Assembly: GCA_013265495.1 (NCBI GenBank)
Contig: MU058065.1
Coordinates: 9,155,819 to 9,219,818, forward strand
Length of the DNA: 64,000 nt
DNA from: Vicugna vicugna
Lineage: Eukaryota
Reading direction: 5' to 3'
Shown here: one piece after another, positions 24,816-36,654 of the stretch
Layout: the number at the start of each line of letters is the position of its first letter
Position numbering within the stretch: the stretch's first letter is position 1
The notes under the pieces: model-generated
What the model saw: only the letters and a program-made list of their open reading frames with translations
Told to the model about the DNA's origin: nothing
Databases searched by the model: none
Position numbers and translations under genes: made by a program

Positions 24816-25503
24816 AAATTTAAAGACTTATAACCTCCTCCGAATCTCTCAAAATTCAAGTCTTATGATAAACTGAATCCAGATGACAACAAGTCCTCAG
24901 AGAACTGCAGAGCCATAAGATGGGATAAGTCTAGGTCCCTAAATCACCATGTGGAGGAAGACAGCCGACTGAACAGGATCGCCATCTTCAGACTGGCAAG
25001 TGCACAAGAAAGAAACTATAATTGCATGTGCACCATTATACATTTGGATCATTATTTGTTATAGTAGCTTATACCACTAGCAGAATTATACGTAGAGAAG
25101 AGGATACTCAAGTAATAGCTTAAATCTTAAAAGAGTAACTTACATAAATAATACTCCTATAATAAATACACAAATTTTAATTGATTTTTGGACTGATAAG
25201 ATGGTCAAATTTATACACGGTAATGGAATCTTCCTCATGTATAACTGAATCAGTCATGTAAACATGTTTAGGCTAATATGCTAGTAGGTCTGCCAAGGTT
25301 GAAGAGACACAAAATCCCCAGGGTCACAAGGTTAATCATAATTTTGATGTAGTAAAACAATAAAGATAAAAAGAGCAATTAGAAACAATTTAAAACAACA
25401 ACAGCCACAGCAATAAACCACCACAGCAACATTTGAGACCAACAGTTCTGCAGAGTAGAATGTTGTTTTCCATGGCCTGATTCTATGCTCCCTTTGGGCT
25501 TTT

Positions 25504-25598
25504 ATGCACACGGTACACCTTAACGCACATGGTACACCTTAATGCACATGGTACACCTTAATGCACACGGTACACCTTAACGCACACGGTACACCTTA
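25504..25598. repeat. Minisatellite, 19 bp x 5
   Basis: Five contiguous copies of AYGCACAYGGTACACCTTA. Confidence 0.97.
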
Positions 25599-26070
25599 TA
25601 TGAGGAACAGCTCTCAAAACCCGATGTCAGGTGAGTTTGGGGTGTACATGTAGGGCGCACATGGAAAACAGATGGAGTGTCTTTTCCTCTCTGCACCCGG
25701 GCATCCTGTTGTTTCCTCTCTCCTAATCAGGGAGAGGAGGACTGTCTGCCCTTGGCTTATAAGTATGGATTTTACAGCAAAATGTCAAGTGAGATTTGGG
25801 AATGACATTCTTTCTTATTTCCGTCTGAGTGAATATGTCCCATCCGCTTTGCACCATGGCCTCAGGACTCCTGTGATGTGATTTTGATCATCCCTGTGTT
25901 CAATAATCTTGAATCTCACCTGACAGCAACACATCTTTGTTTATGAATCTGGGAAATATTTGCTATAGAGCAGTGATTGGCAACACTTTTTGAGTCAAGG
26001 GCCTCTTGGGAGAATCCTGGGGCTGGTCAGAATCCCTCCGGTGCACATCTCAGGTGCACGTGGACGCGCG

Positions 26071-26092
26071 CACACACACACACACACACACA
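26071..26092. repeat. (CA)11 microsatellite
   Basis: Read directly from the sequence. Confidence 0.95.
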
Positions 26093-26236
26093 ATTTGGCA
26101 TAAGTTTCAGCAGGCTTGTTGATTCCAGATTGAGAACCTCCCACCTTCCTGCCCCGTCACATGGTCCTTGGTCAAATAGTACTCTTCTATCCATATCCAG
26201 GATGCCCTGGGTATTGCCTACGTATGTAACTATAGT

Positions 26237-26684
26237 TTTTTTATTTTGGGGGATTTTTTTGGCCAGTTTGTTTTATTGACGCCTGGATGCTCAGGCCTGG
26301 ACCGTGTGCTTTGGCAGTGGGTACAGCCGCTCCTTCCGCTGCTGCTGCTTGGTTTTCAGGGTCTCTTCGTGCTTGTTGAGCCGGCGGCGTATGGCACGCA
26401 TTTTCCCAGCCGCAGATCCAGGGGTTTGTAATTCTTGCCCTGATAGAATTTCCTGAGGTTCTCCTTCTGAGTCTGGTTAATGACGGTGAGAACTCGAGCA
26501 GTGGATTTGCCAACAACTGGGATCTTGGGGAGCTTGGAAGCACGCCGCATGTCACTTTAATGATGCGCTGCTGGGACAGGTCCACCTGCTGCTGCTTCTT
26601 GCCATGAAGGTCTGGAGCCCTAATCTTGGCCATGGCTGAATAAGCTACCGCCGTCGCCGCCGCCTTGGAGGGAAAGAGAGGCGG
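26237..26684 (-). pseudogene. RPL35: Processed pseudogene of 60S ribosomal protein L35 (uL29)
   Basis: ATG at 26633, stop at 26291. Peptides MAKIRAPDLHGKK and [43 protein letters not shown] lie in different frames. Intronless, with a 5' TOP tract CTCTCTTTCC, AATAAA, an A-tail remnant and a degenerate TSD (CTATAGTTTT/CCATAGTTCT). Confidence 0.95.
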
Positions 26685-27648
26685 ACCCATAGTTCTATAT
26701 ATAACATTTTCTTCCCATTCACCTTCTTTTAAATCACCGATTTAACTTCAAAATACAAAATCTGCCAGATATTATTTGGAGAGATTCTTCCTTATTTTGG
26801 ACCGATCCTAAGGCAGATAGTTCCCTGTCTTGTGTTAAAAGATTTCTCTGTAGCAATATTAGATGTTTCTGCACATGAAACAGTAATTTCCTCCTGCTGT
26901 TTGGAGATGTCTCTTTTTCTTATTGGCACCACATAAGATAAAGCTCTGTAATCGGGACAGAGATTTATGTGGTGTTATTGTTGAATGTATGCGTACGCCG
27001 CCTTCCTGCGGTGAAAGGCCTATGACACAAGGCTTCCGTCTGGGGACTGATTTGGGGCCTAGTGAAACATACACGCTGTAATAAGTCACAGCAGATGCTG
27101 CCTATCGAGTCCCTGCTATCCCATGTGGGTTCCAGGGTGGGTAATTTTGCTCATTCTTCTGGCCTTTGCTATGGCTTGTCAGTGATGGGACTCGTGTTCA
27201 TAACTCTGAGAAGTGCTCAGCTGTGAAATAAGCACTGAAAAGATGAAATGCAATTGGTCCTGTGCCATTGTGATCTTTCAATCCCATGTAAGCAAGAAAT
27301 ACGTATTTCAAGTGGCCCAATAAATCTTTTTGAGTTTAAACGTTCATAGATTTAAAATATTTATGGGCTGACTTGGGCAGAAAGACCAGGAAAACCATAT
27401 GCACTGGCTCGGAAGTAGAGATAGAAACCATTATGGAATATTAGTGACAAGCTGAGTGGAGTCAACCCAGAGTATCTGTTTCTATAGAAATGATACTCCT
27501 TTAGCATCAAGGTATGAGTGTGTATACCAGAAGTATATGAAGTGTCAGTGCCAGGGTGGATTAAGAATGAAAAATTGGCTTTCTTTTAAACATTTGTAGC
27601 TATTGTTTGTGTTTGAGCTTATTAGAAGAGGATATTAGACTGATGTGG

Positions 27649-27656
27649 TGACGTCA
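27649..27656. promoter_or_regulatory. Full CRE palindrome TGACGTCA
   Basis: Exact motif next to a small CpG-retaining pocket. Confidence 0.35.
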
Positions 27657-27790
27657 TGCTCTCCCGGGCCGGGCCTAAGCCGCACACTACAATCTTTGAA
27701 GCTTTCTATAAGAGGAAAGGGGTAACCTTTCAAATTAAGTGATAAAAGCTATGTAGTGTTCATGAAAAACAATACTGGAAATGCTTGGTA

Positions 27791-28940
27791 TTCGTTCATT
27801 CATTCAACAAGCATTACTGAGTGCCTACTATATTCCAGGACTTATGTTAAACATAGGAATAAAAAAATGAATAAGACATGATTCTGCCCTTATGACTGTC
27901 TCAGGGTAGTCAAAGAGACTGCTAAACGGGTGATTCAATCATGGTCTGATATATTCTACAACAGAGGTACAGACTGATACTGGAGTACTGAAGAAGTGTT
28001 TTTTTTTTCTTGTTTTGAGAGATCAGGAGAACTTCTCAGAGAAGGTGTTTTCCAGAATGAGAAGGTGTTGACCAGGGGGAAAAGGAGGAAGAGGCATCCC
28101 TGGCAGCAGAGATGCCATGTGAAAAGGCGAAGGTGGAGAACCCTGAGAGATCAGGCCCTGGAATCAGTGCAAAAAGTCCGGATGGGGGCCTCGCGGGAGA
28201 TGGGCTGGAAGGGGAGCGCAAGTCACATGTATGCTGTGTGCTAACACGGAGTAATCCAAGTCTGAGGCTTTAGGATAAGAAGGCAGAGGCAGTGGGTGTG
28301 GAGAAAAGAGCATGGATCTTTGAGTCAGTGAGGATGTAGAATAACGAAAGAGCTCCCAGACTGATAGGAATCAGAAGACGACAGAGAAAGTGGAGTCTAG
28401 AAGGACATTTACATCCGGCTTGGGTGACTAGATTGCTAATGTGCCATTCACCACAATCAGGAATAAAGGACAAGGAATGGGGTTGGGCTTGGGTGCAGAT
28501 GATGGTTGGTTTCATTTTTCATGTCGTGTCTGAGGTACCTGTGAGTTTCTGTTCTGAATATATTGAGTTTGAGGCAGACGTTCAGTAGACACTTGACTGT
28601 ATGGAATTTGAGCTTAAGAGACACAAATTTGAGAGTCATCAGTACTTGAAGCCTTGGGTGTGGATGAAATTAGAGAGAAGATAGGGCTGAAACAGAACAC
28701 AAGGTAACATCAACATTTAAGGGGGAAAGCAGAGACAAAGGAATGCTAAGTAGTAATGAGAAAAGTCTGCAAGAGCATTAAGAGGAAAATAAGAGAGGGT
28801 GGGAAAGAGAAGCCAACAAAGAAGAGCGGTTCAAGAAGCTGCAAGGTGTCATGTGGTAGAGGGGTCAAGTGATACAAGGACTTAAACCTGCCTTTAAGAT
28901 GTGACAGCTGAAAGATCACTGAGGATATCAGCAAGATCAG
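27791..28940 (-). mobile_element. L2 LINE fragment
   Basis: Starts TTCATTCATTCAACAAGCATTACTGAGTGCCTACTA (reverse L2 3' end) and continues with an L2-like body. Confidence 0.8.
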
Positions 28941-31056
28941 CTTTAAGCTTTAAGATCAGCTCCCTTCTCTTTGAGGCTCAATCTTCTGAATATTTCTACC
29001 CACCAAGCACCTTTTATTCTAACTTTACTTACAGTAATATATATTATTAAAGAAATATTTTTTCCAAAAATGAATTTATAGTATAGTACAAAACATCATG
29101 CACTCCTCAAGATTTAGATATGTCCTAGCACCCACTGAGGTCACTAATGTAGAACTCACCTGGATACCTCAGCACAGTGATAGGGACTCGGATTACAGTC
29201 ATTAAGTTTCAAAAGCAAAGACTCATGGATGAATTATTATTGAATGGAAACCAGGTAGAACTACAGTGTCTGTGATAGCAACTGGTCTAGGAACCAGCTA
29301 GGTGGGGATGTGAAGATTCCAGATTTAAGGTCTAACATGAATGTAGTGGGCCAGCCACTGTTGAAGTTTCTAACAGAGCCCATTGGTCCAAGGATCCTGG
29401 ACGCACTGCCCTTGGCAGACGTCTTCCCAGCTTTTCCTTTGAGCTGGCCATCATAGCCAACCCCCAGGCTGGCGATGGAGAGATCTCGCCCTGCACCCCT
29501 CACCGCGGATGCCTCCCACACACTGTTCACTACCCGTGGGCACAAGACTTCATGAAATCGGAAGAGGACGAGAAGGTCCTCTCCCATTAAAGAGTGTGTA
29601 ATAAAGAAATACAAGAACCTTGCACTCAAAGTAAAAGCTCTCTGTGGGTTCTTAGCACAAACCCTCACCCAGCAGGAGCTGGTTATCAGATCTGCCAGTT
29701 TCTAACATATCCTGATGGAAAAGGTCACCAAGTACTGAAATCTTCCGATGGATAGGTATTAGAAAAAGTATACCAGCAATCTTCACTATTATTTTTTCCC
29801 ACTAGGCCCAATTCAGAAAAAACATCCCTTTAAAATTTACGGACCAGATGTTTTGTCCAAGATGAAAATAGCTTTATTATTTTTCCTGATTATAAAAATA
29901 ATACATGTTTATTATGACAAAAACTTGAACATTGTTTATATGAAAAAGAAGTAAATAGAGCTTGAAATCCCAAAGCCCACAGGCTTGCTTTAAGGGGGCC
30001 AACGGCTTAAAAAACAACTGAAGTAATCTCTTTAATATTAGATTTTATTGACTAGAAAAATGTCACTGAGTGTCTTTTAGCCGCTAAATGAATATTTGAA
30101 ATTTGATAATTAAATTTGTTTGGAATGAAGGAACAAAAAGGCATCTTTCTAATCTTCTACTCAGAATTGAAATCCTGGACTGCACTATTAGCCCTTCGAC
30201 CCCAGGTTACATATCACTGATCTAAAAACGCTTGGGGCAGAATCAGAAGGGCCAGATGGGACCCATGAGGCCTAGGGGAGCCGCCTCAGGGCTCTCACTG
30301 CCTGTGGGCCTGGGAGGATGTTAAAAGGAAAAGGGAGTTAGAGCCACCTGAAGAAGGAGCCAAAGACCCGAAGTCTACATTCTGGAAGATCACAGATGGT
30401 CACATTCACTGTCCCACCCTAGCGACAGGGCCAGCATAGGACTGGACAGACACTCAATGAACACCTCCTGATGCAGGACAGGTTCCATCTACCTCGCTGT
30501 TTGGCCCTGGAGTAGTGGTGCAAAACCACAGGCACTAGAATGGAAGGAGTCTCCAAGGTTGAGGGTTTACGGCCACTAATCTGGAGCAATTACAGCGCTG
30601 ATCAAAATCACCAGCACCAGTGGGACCAAAAGCATGAAAAGAATTCAGGTGCCAGGAAATAAAGAGACTCTTTTTCCGGTGCCCAGGCTCCACCTGGGTG
30701 GGGCTAGTTGCTTTAGGCTGATGACAATTCATAAAGAAAAATGAAGAGTTTTAAGCATGTTTTACAATTTAATGAAACTGTGGACTTGCGGAAGCATGCA
30801 GGAAACTGCAGGATCCCTCAGGGAGCAGATAATGCGTCCCGGGAGACTTCAGGAGAGCAGGAATTTTTGAAGCAATTTGTAGACCCAATGCCCAAGAGGA
30901 GAAAACATTTGAATTCTCTGAGCTGGATCAAGATAACCTCAGGTCCAGACTCAGAATGTGGGGAGAACTTGTCAAACATTCGCTGGCCAAGAGGGTGGGG
31001 CAGGTGAGTCCTGGCAAGAGGGGACCAGAGAGTCTAGGACAGAAGTGTCTGCTCCC

Positions 31057-31172
31057 TTTTCTTTCGTTTTTTGTTTTTGTTTTTGTTTTTTTTTACTTAG
31101 TGGAGGTACTGGGAATTGAACCGAGGACCTCCAGCATGCTAGGCGTGTACTCTACCACTGATACCCTTCCCC
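31057..31172 (-). mobile_element. tRNA-derived SINE, Vic-1-like (short form)
   Basis: Same tRNA-like head as the other copies. Perfect 17-bp TSD CAGAAGTGTCTGCTCCC (31040-31056 and 31173-31189). Confidence 0.92.
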
Positions 31173-32609
31173 CAGAAGTGTCTGCTCCCCTTTATTAGTA
31201 ACAGGAACATGAAGGATTTCAGGTGAAATAAACACATTTCAGCATGGCTGGTAGGAAAGGAGGTTACAGGTCTTTTCGGTCGAAGTCATGCTTGTTCTAA
31301 GAGCTGGGTTGTTTTTCCAGGCTGGAGCTCTCACTGTCTGCTTCCTCCTCCGCAGGGGGTGGGCAGTGCTCTGGTGCTACTCTCTTGAAGGTGTTTCAGC
31401 TTTATTCAGAGTTGAAGGAGATCATTGCTGTGAACTCTTCTGCCCCAAAGGACCTGCTTTTTTTCTGTCTTGCTGTGGAAAGTTTTAAAATTGGTCTAAG
31501 ACCCATCCGGAACTATTGGCTGAGATTATGGGCCAGTTCAATTTACCTCAAGTAAAAATAATTTATGAGATTCATTTATCAGTTCAACAATATGTATTGA
31601 GTACCTTGTATGTTGCTAGGCTCTGGAGACACAACAGTGCCAGAGAGACAAAAATCCAGCATTCACAGAGTTTCTTGCCTTGCCCAGAAGATGTCAAGAT
31701 TGCAATGCTGCTGAAAGAATGAACAAACCGGCTACTAAGCCTTGGTTTTGATTTCCAGTTAAATTTTGGTTTATTTAGTCAACAGTCTCTACACCTGGAT
31801 TAGATGTTGACTTGGTTGTTAATAAACTAAAATGTTTTTGTTACACAATTATCTTTCGCTGTCAGTATTTTCATATGCTAGCACCTGTGATGAATGTACG
31901 TATACACCAGACTCAAATAGATGGACATTTAGTTTTAGGGTCTGAAGCAGAAACAGAATATTACTTCATCTGTTTGCTAAATTGCTCTTCATCTTGTATA
32001 GACAGTTAATATTTTTTTCCTTTGCCATATTTGATTTTCCTTATAGTCCTCCTCAGGTCACCTCAGCAACGAGATGACAAGCTCCCCAGTTATCATTAGA
32101 AAAATGGAAATGCCTTTTTAAAAAGATTGGAAAAAAGTCTAGTCATTTTTCAGACTGATTTATTGTTTAACAGCAAGGTTTTGCCATAATGGTACTAACT
32201 TGCTACAGCTTTAGAGGAAATAAAAAAGACAAGTATTTTACTAGTTGAAATGACAACATGCTAAATTATAAAACGTTGGGGGAAAAATTCAGGCAATTTA
32301 AATTTCCTGGCAATGGATCTATAATTTATTTGAGGGATCAGAGTATTCTGGGCTATAGACAAATGTATTTTGCGGGAAGAAAAAATTACACTTTGAGTTT
32401 CACCACCCAATTTTAGTGCTCAATTACACTGTTACGTTTTTATAAAGAATAGTTGTTTTTTGATTTTCATGTAGTCTAGTACCTGTAAGAAACACTCTTT
32501 CTGAGTTTTGAATTCTCTCTTCCTGCCTAGGAGACATTCCATCAGTCTTTTTACCCTCTAGTATTCCTGCTGTCATTTACCTCCAGTTTTTAGTTTTTTA
32601 AATTAATCT

Positions 32610-32800
32610 TCTTTTTTATTGACGTATAATTGACATACTATTAATTTCAGGCATACACTGTAATGATTTGATATTTATATATTATGCAAAATAATCACCA
32701 TAAGAAGACCAGTTAACATCCATCATTGTACATAGTTACAAAATTTTTAATTTTTTCTTATGTGAGGACTTTCAAGATCTACTCTCCGAGCTGCTTTCTA
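32610..32800 (-). mobile_element. L1 3' end fragment
   Basis: TTTTTTATTGACGTATAATTGACATA...GGACTTTCAAGATCTACTCTC is typical reverse L1 3' UTR. Confidence 0.75.
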
Positions 32801-33149
32801 TCTATAGCTTTTTAAATACTTAGAGTAAGAGTTGTACTTTCCCTGCTGAGTCCTGGATGCTGAAAATGCTATAGAAATATTTTTTACAACATCTAATCTG
32901 AATTTCAAATAATACTTTAAGCATTAAGCATTTATTTTCAAAGCATTCCTTAAATATATAAAAAAGATTTTCTTCTGCATGAAACTATTTAAGAAGTACT
33001 AATTCAGTGCTTATGCATTTAGAGCACTATTCTAAACTAAGAGATACATAAATTAAAGAAATGAGACAGCACTTATTTTCAGAGATAAAACAAACAAGAT
33101 CAAATGGCCACAGATTAAATGCTCACAGATGTGAGAGGAAGTATATATA

Positions 33150-33330
33150 CAGCCCTGAAGCTAGACTGACTGGATTCATATTCTGGCTCTAATGTTATTA
33201 CTGTATAACCTCAGGCCAGTAATTAACTTTTCTCTGCCTCAGTTTCACCATCTGTAAAATGGTATAATAATAACAATAACCTACTTTATAGGGCTGTTGT
33301 GAGGGTTAAATGAATGAACACACAGGCAGA
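33150..33330 (+). mobile_element. MIR SINE
   Basis: Core CTCTGCCTCAGTTTCACCATCTGTAAAATGG. Confidence 0.8.
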
Positions 33331-35114
33331 GCAGTTAGATTACTTTCTAGAGCGAAGTTAGCTCCCTAAGATTGTTCTTACTGTTACAGGCCTGGTCATT
33401 TCAAACTGAATTACTCCTTTTATCTACAGATTAACCATCTATTTGGAAACGCCAAACATTTAGAAGAGAACAACTAGAAAGCTTTCACAACCTGGAGCAA
33501 ATCAGTAAATATGGAGAGGATGTGGCATCAAGATGTCACCAGAGCAAAGGAAGCAAGATCCAGTTCAAAAAGATGGTCACAAACAGGTGAGAACTGAGTT
33601 TGATCTCAGAGGATAAGAAAAGTGGGTGAAAACTAAGTGTTTAGACAGGTAGATGAGGACAGAAAATATGGCAAAAATAAAGACTCAGATTTTTTAGAAC
33701 CAGAAGCCCCTTAACACAGTCAGGATGATGTAAAATAACTAAGGACAGAGAGCATGAGCTTTCTGGCTAAAATTCTGAAGCTAGTTGCAGACAGGGCCGG
33801 GGAGAAAATCTAAAACTGCGACTTCCAGCCCACTGTTTCGCTTGCTACACCAGTATGAGGCAGAATCAGGTCGTGTGGTCCTTTCGTTGGTCCATCTTCC
33901 AACGTTGAATTCTTTAAAAAAAATTCTTTTAAAGGGTTCCAGCTAAAACAACTAAGGAAAAACCAACGCTACACATTTAGGTGATTCCGAAGCATTTTCC
34001 TGGGACCTGTACAACTGCGCTTTTATTTCTAAATTTTCCCACAAAGATGGTAGGGTTTCCCTTGTTTCAGTTTAAATCATTGCATGTTTTCATTGAGGTA
34101 AAATGCACTTACATTCTTTTACTCCTATAATTTGATAATTTATGTTTATCACCTAAAATCTTAATGATAGTCTTCCTGCTTCTTCATATACTCTACCTCC
34201 TCCAAACAGACTGAAGGGAAAGTAAAAAAATGCTTTTGTACTTGGTGGATTTACTATCTATTCTTGACAGTTATTAGAACAACTGTAATCTGCTTCTTTT
34301 AAATTCAAAGGTTGTTGATTGATTGACTTTTGAAAAGAATGGCCAGGAAGGTAAAAGTATGTAAAAACCTCATGGTATGGCTTCAGAGTTTGGATTTTGA
34401 GATTTATGAAAACTAGGTTAATGGTATTTTTTAAAAAGAAGCATAGCTTTGCTCTAGAAACATTTCTGGCTTTCTAATAGCTTCTTGGTTCATTTTCTCA
34501 GTCTTATTATGATGAGCTTAACAGTTTCTACTATTTTCTTTTCTGAACTTGCTGAAAAACAAGAGAGAAGGCCTTAAGTTTCCCACCATGCTAGATCCTT
34601 CTAGAGGCAGAACTGTTCCTACATAACTCAGTTCCCCGTTTCTTTCTTGGGGCAGGAGCTCCAAAACCTTCCAAAGAGAAGCTCTCTTAATTGTCCTACT
34701 CAGCACATACTTGTCTTAAACCTACTTTTTACTAAAACTTGGCCTTCTTGCAAGTTCAAAAGTTTACAGAATTCCCCCCACTGTTTCAAACCATTTGTTT
34801 ACACTTTGTATTTGTGAACCTGCCGTTTGAATTTCTGTAATTTTTAAAAAGCTGGCCTGGACAGCAGAGGTCAGAGGCTCCTTTGCTGCCAAACGGCTGT
34901 AAGCAGTCACTTTGGAACCTCAAGTCAGATGGGCAAAATGGAGAAATGAGTCTAAAACGTGTCATCGGGTAGCAGGTCCTTATGCTGTCTGTTGCAAAAG
35001 CAGAGATCTTCATGGTGTTCATCAGGCTAGGTTATCACGGTCTGAGGAAGTGCGCTTGATTGTGGTGAAGACTGTGGAGTCAGACTGCCTGGGTTCAAAT
35101 CCCAGCTCTGCTGC

Positions 35115-35612
35115 TGTTTCCAGTGTCTATTGCTACGCAATGACCACCCTGAAGACAGTCTTGTATTATTGTCCTCTCCCCTGTTTCTGGGCACTGACTA
35201 GGCTCAAGCAGGGTTCCTCTCTAGATCTATCAGGCAATGTGGTCAGTCAGTGACTGGGGCGGGAGCCATCTCAAAGGCTTACTAACTCACGTGTCTGGCA
35301 GTTCATCCGGCTGTAGGCTGGGTCCTCGGTTGGCAGAATCAGCCAGAACACCTGTACATGAACTTCCGGGTGGCTTGAGCTTTCTCATAGCATGGCAGCT
35401 GAGTTCCAAGGGTGACTGTCCCAAGAGAGAGCCAGGTGAAAGCTGTAGCTCCTTTTACAAGCTAGAATCAGAAGTCATGTAGCATCACTTCTGCTACATT
35501 CTATTTCTTAGAATCAAGTCACTAAGTCTAGCCTGTATGCAAGAGGCAGGCAACTAGACTCCATTCCTTAACGGGAAGACTGTCAAAGAATTTGTAGACA
35601 TGTCTTCAAACC
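35115..35612 (-). mobile_element. MLT1 (MaLR) LTR inserted into a MIR
   Basis: GCTTTCTCATAGCATGGCAGCTG...GAAGTCATGTAGCATCACTTCTGCTACATTCTATT. MIR halves lie at about 35045-35114 and 35618-35755. Confidence 0.8.
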
Positions 35613-36006
35613 AGTATTCGCCACTTATTAGCTAGAAGAACACTCTGTTCTTGGCTTTCCTGGTTTGTAAAACAAGGACAATGAGAGTAATTTACCTCCC
35701 AGGTTTTTGTGAAGGTTAAGCAAGAAAAGAACAGTACCTGGTACTCAATATGTTTAAGCTTAGACCATTACCATGCCTTCGGTAGATCAGAACTGATGCT
35801 GATGGTGTCATCAATAATGGTACACTCTGAGCAGATACAGCCTGGGGAATTGCTACCTTTCAATCTCTGTTGGTAGCATTTGACAAATACCATTGCCTGT
35901 GGTTCTTATGCCTGTGGGAACAGAATTTCTATACATGGTCTGAATTCTTTGGTTCACCTCATTTCAGTAAGTTTCCAGATATAGGTCAGTCCATTTAAGC
36001 CTGGCC

Positions 36007-36016
36007 CCATTTATGG
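36007..36016. promoter_or_regulatory. CArG box (SRF) CCATTTATGG
   Basis: Exact CC(A/T)6GG about 0.65 kb upstream of the CpG island. Confidence 0.4.
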
Positions 36017-36654
36017 CAATTTATTTCATTATCAGATGAAGTATTTAGAACCATGAGTAATAATTACTATGCCTACATTGCTTTTACCACCTTTGTCAAG
36101 TAATCCTCACCTCACCCAGTGAGTAAGTATGGATGAGCACCCTTCCCTCCTCCAGGTTGAGGAAACCAGGACATGGGTCAGGTGACTTGTTCTAAATTCC
36201 AAAAGAGACAAGAAGCCAGCTGGAGTGAGAAGCTGGAGGTCCTAATTCTCTGCACCCCTACAGCATGCCTAAATAATGTACAGATTAACACCCATCATGA
36301 ATCATTACCCAGTGCGAGTCAATGCGCTGAAATTTCTTTCAAACTATCTTTGATTTTCTGTAATAGAGAACTGGCCAGTGTCTATTTAGCATAATGTGAA
36401 ATTAAGTGGGTTAATAGTATTAAAAATCTTTTAAGTAAAGACACACTTTGCCACAATACACTTTTTTCTCTTTAGGTCAAATTAATATTTTGTGATATTC
36501 TTGGGTATCCAAACTTTTTATCTAGGGGAGAAGGAACACTCCCCCTCTTTGCCAACATTTGCCCCTAGTCGGCCTTCTAGTTGTCATCCCCCAGCCCCCA
36601 GCCCCACTCCCCGTCTGCCTCCCCAGTTATTTTATTTCTCGTTAGATGTTAGTA

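Noticed and set aside
25504..25598. CRISPR-like array
   Set aside because: The units are contiguous with no spacers, there are no cas genes, and the context is mammalian.
26241..26690. 149-aa ORF as a functional RPL35
   Set aside because: Similarity is split across frames, with a deletion and retrocopy hallmarks.
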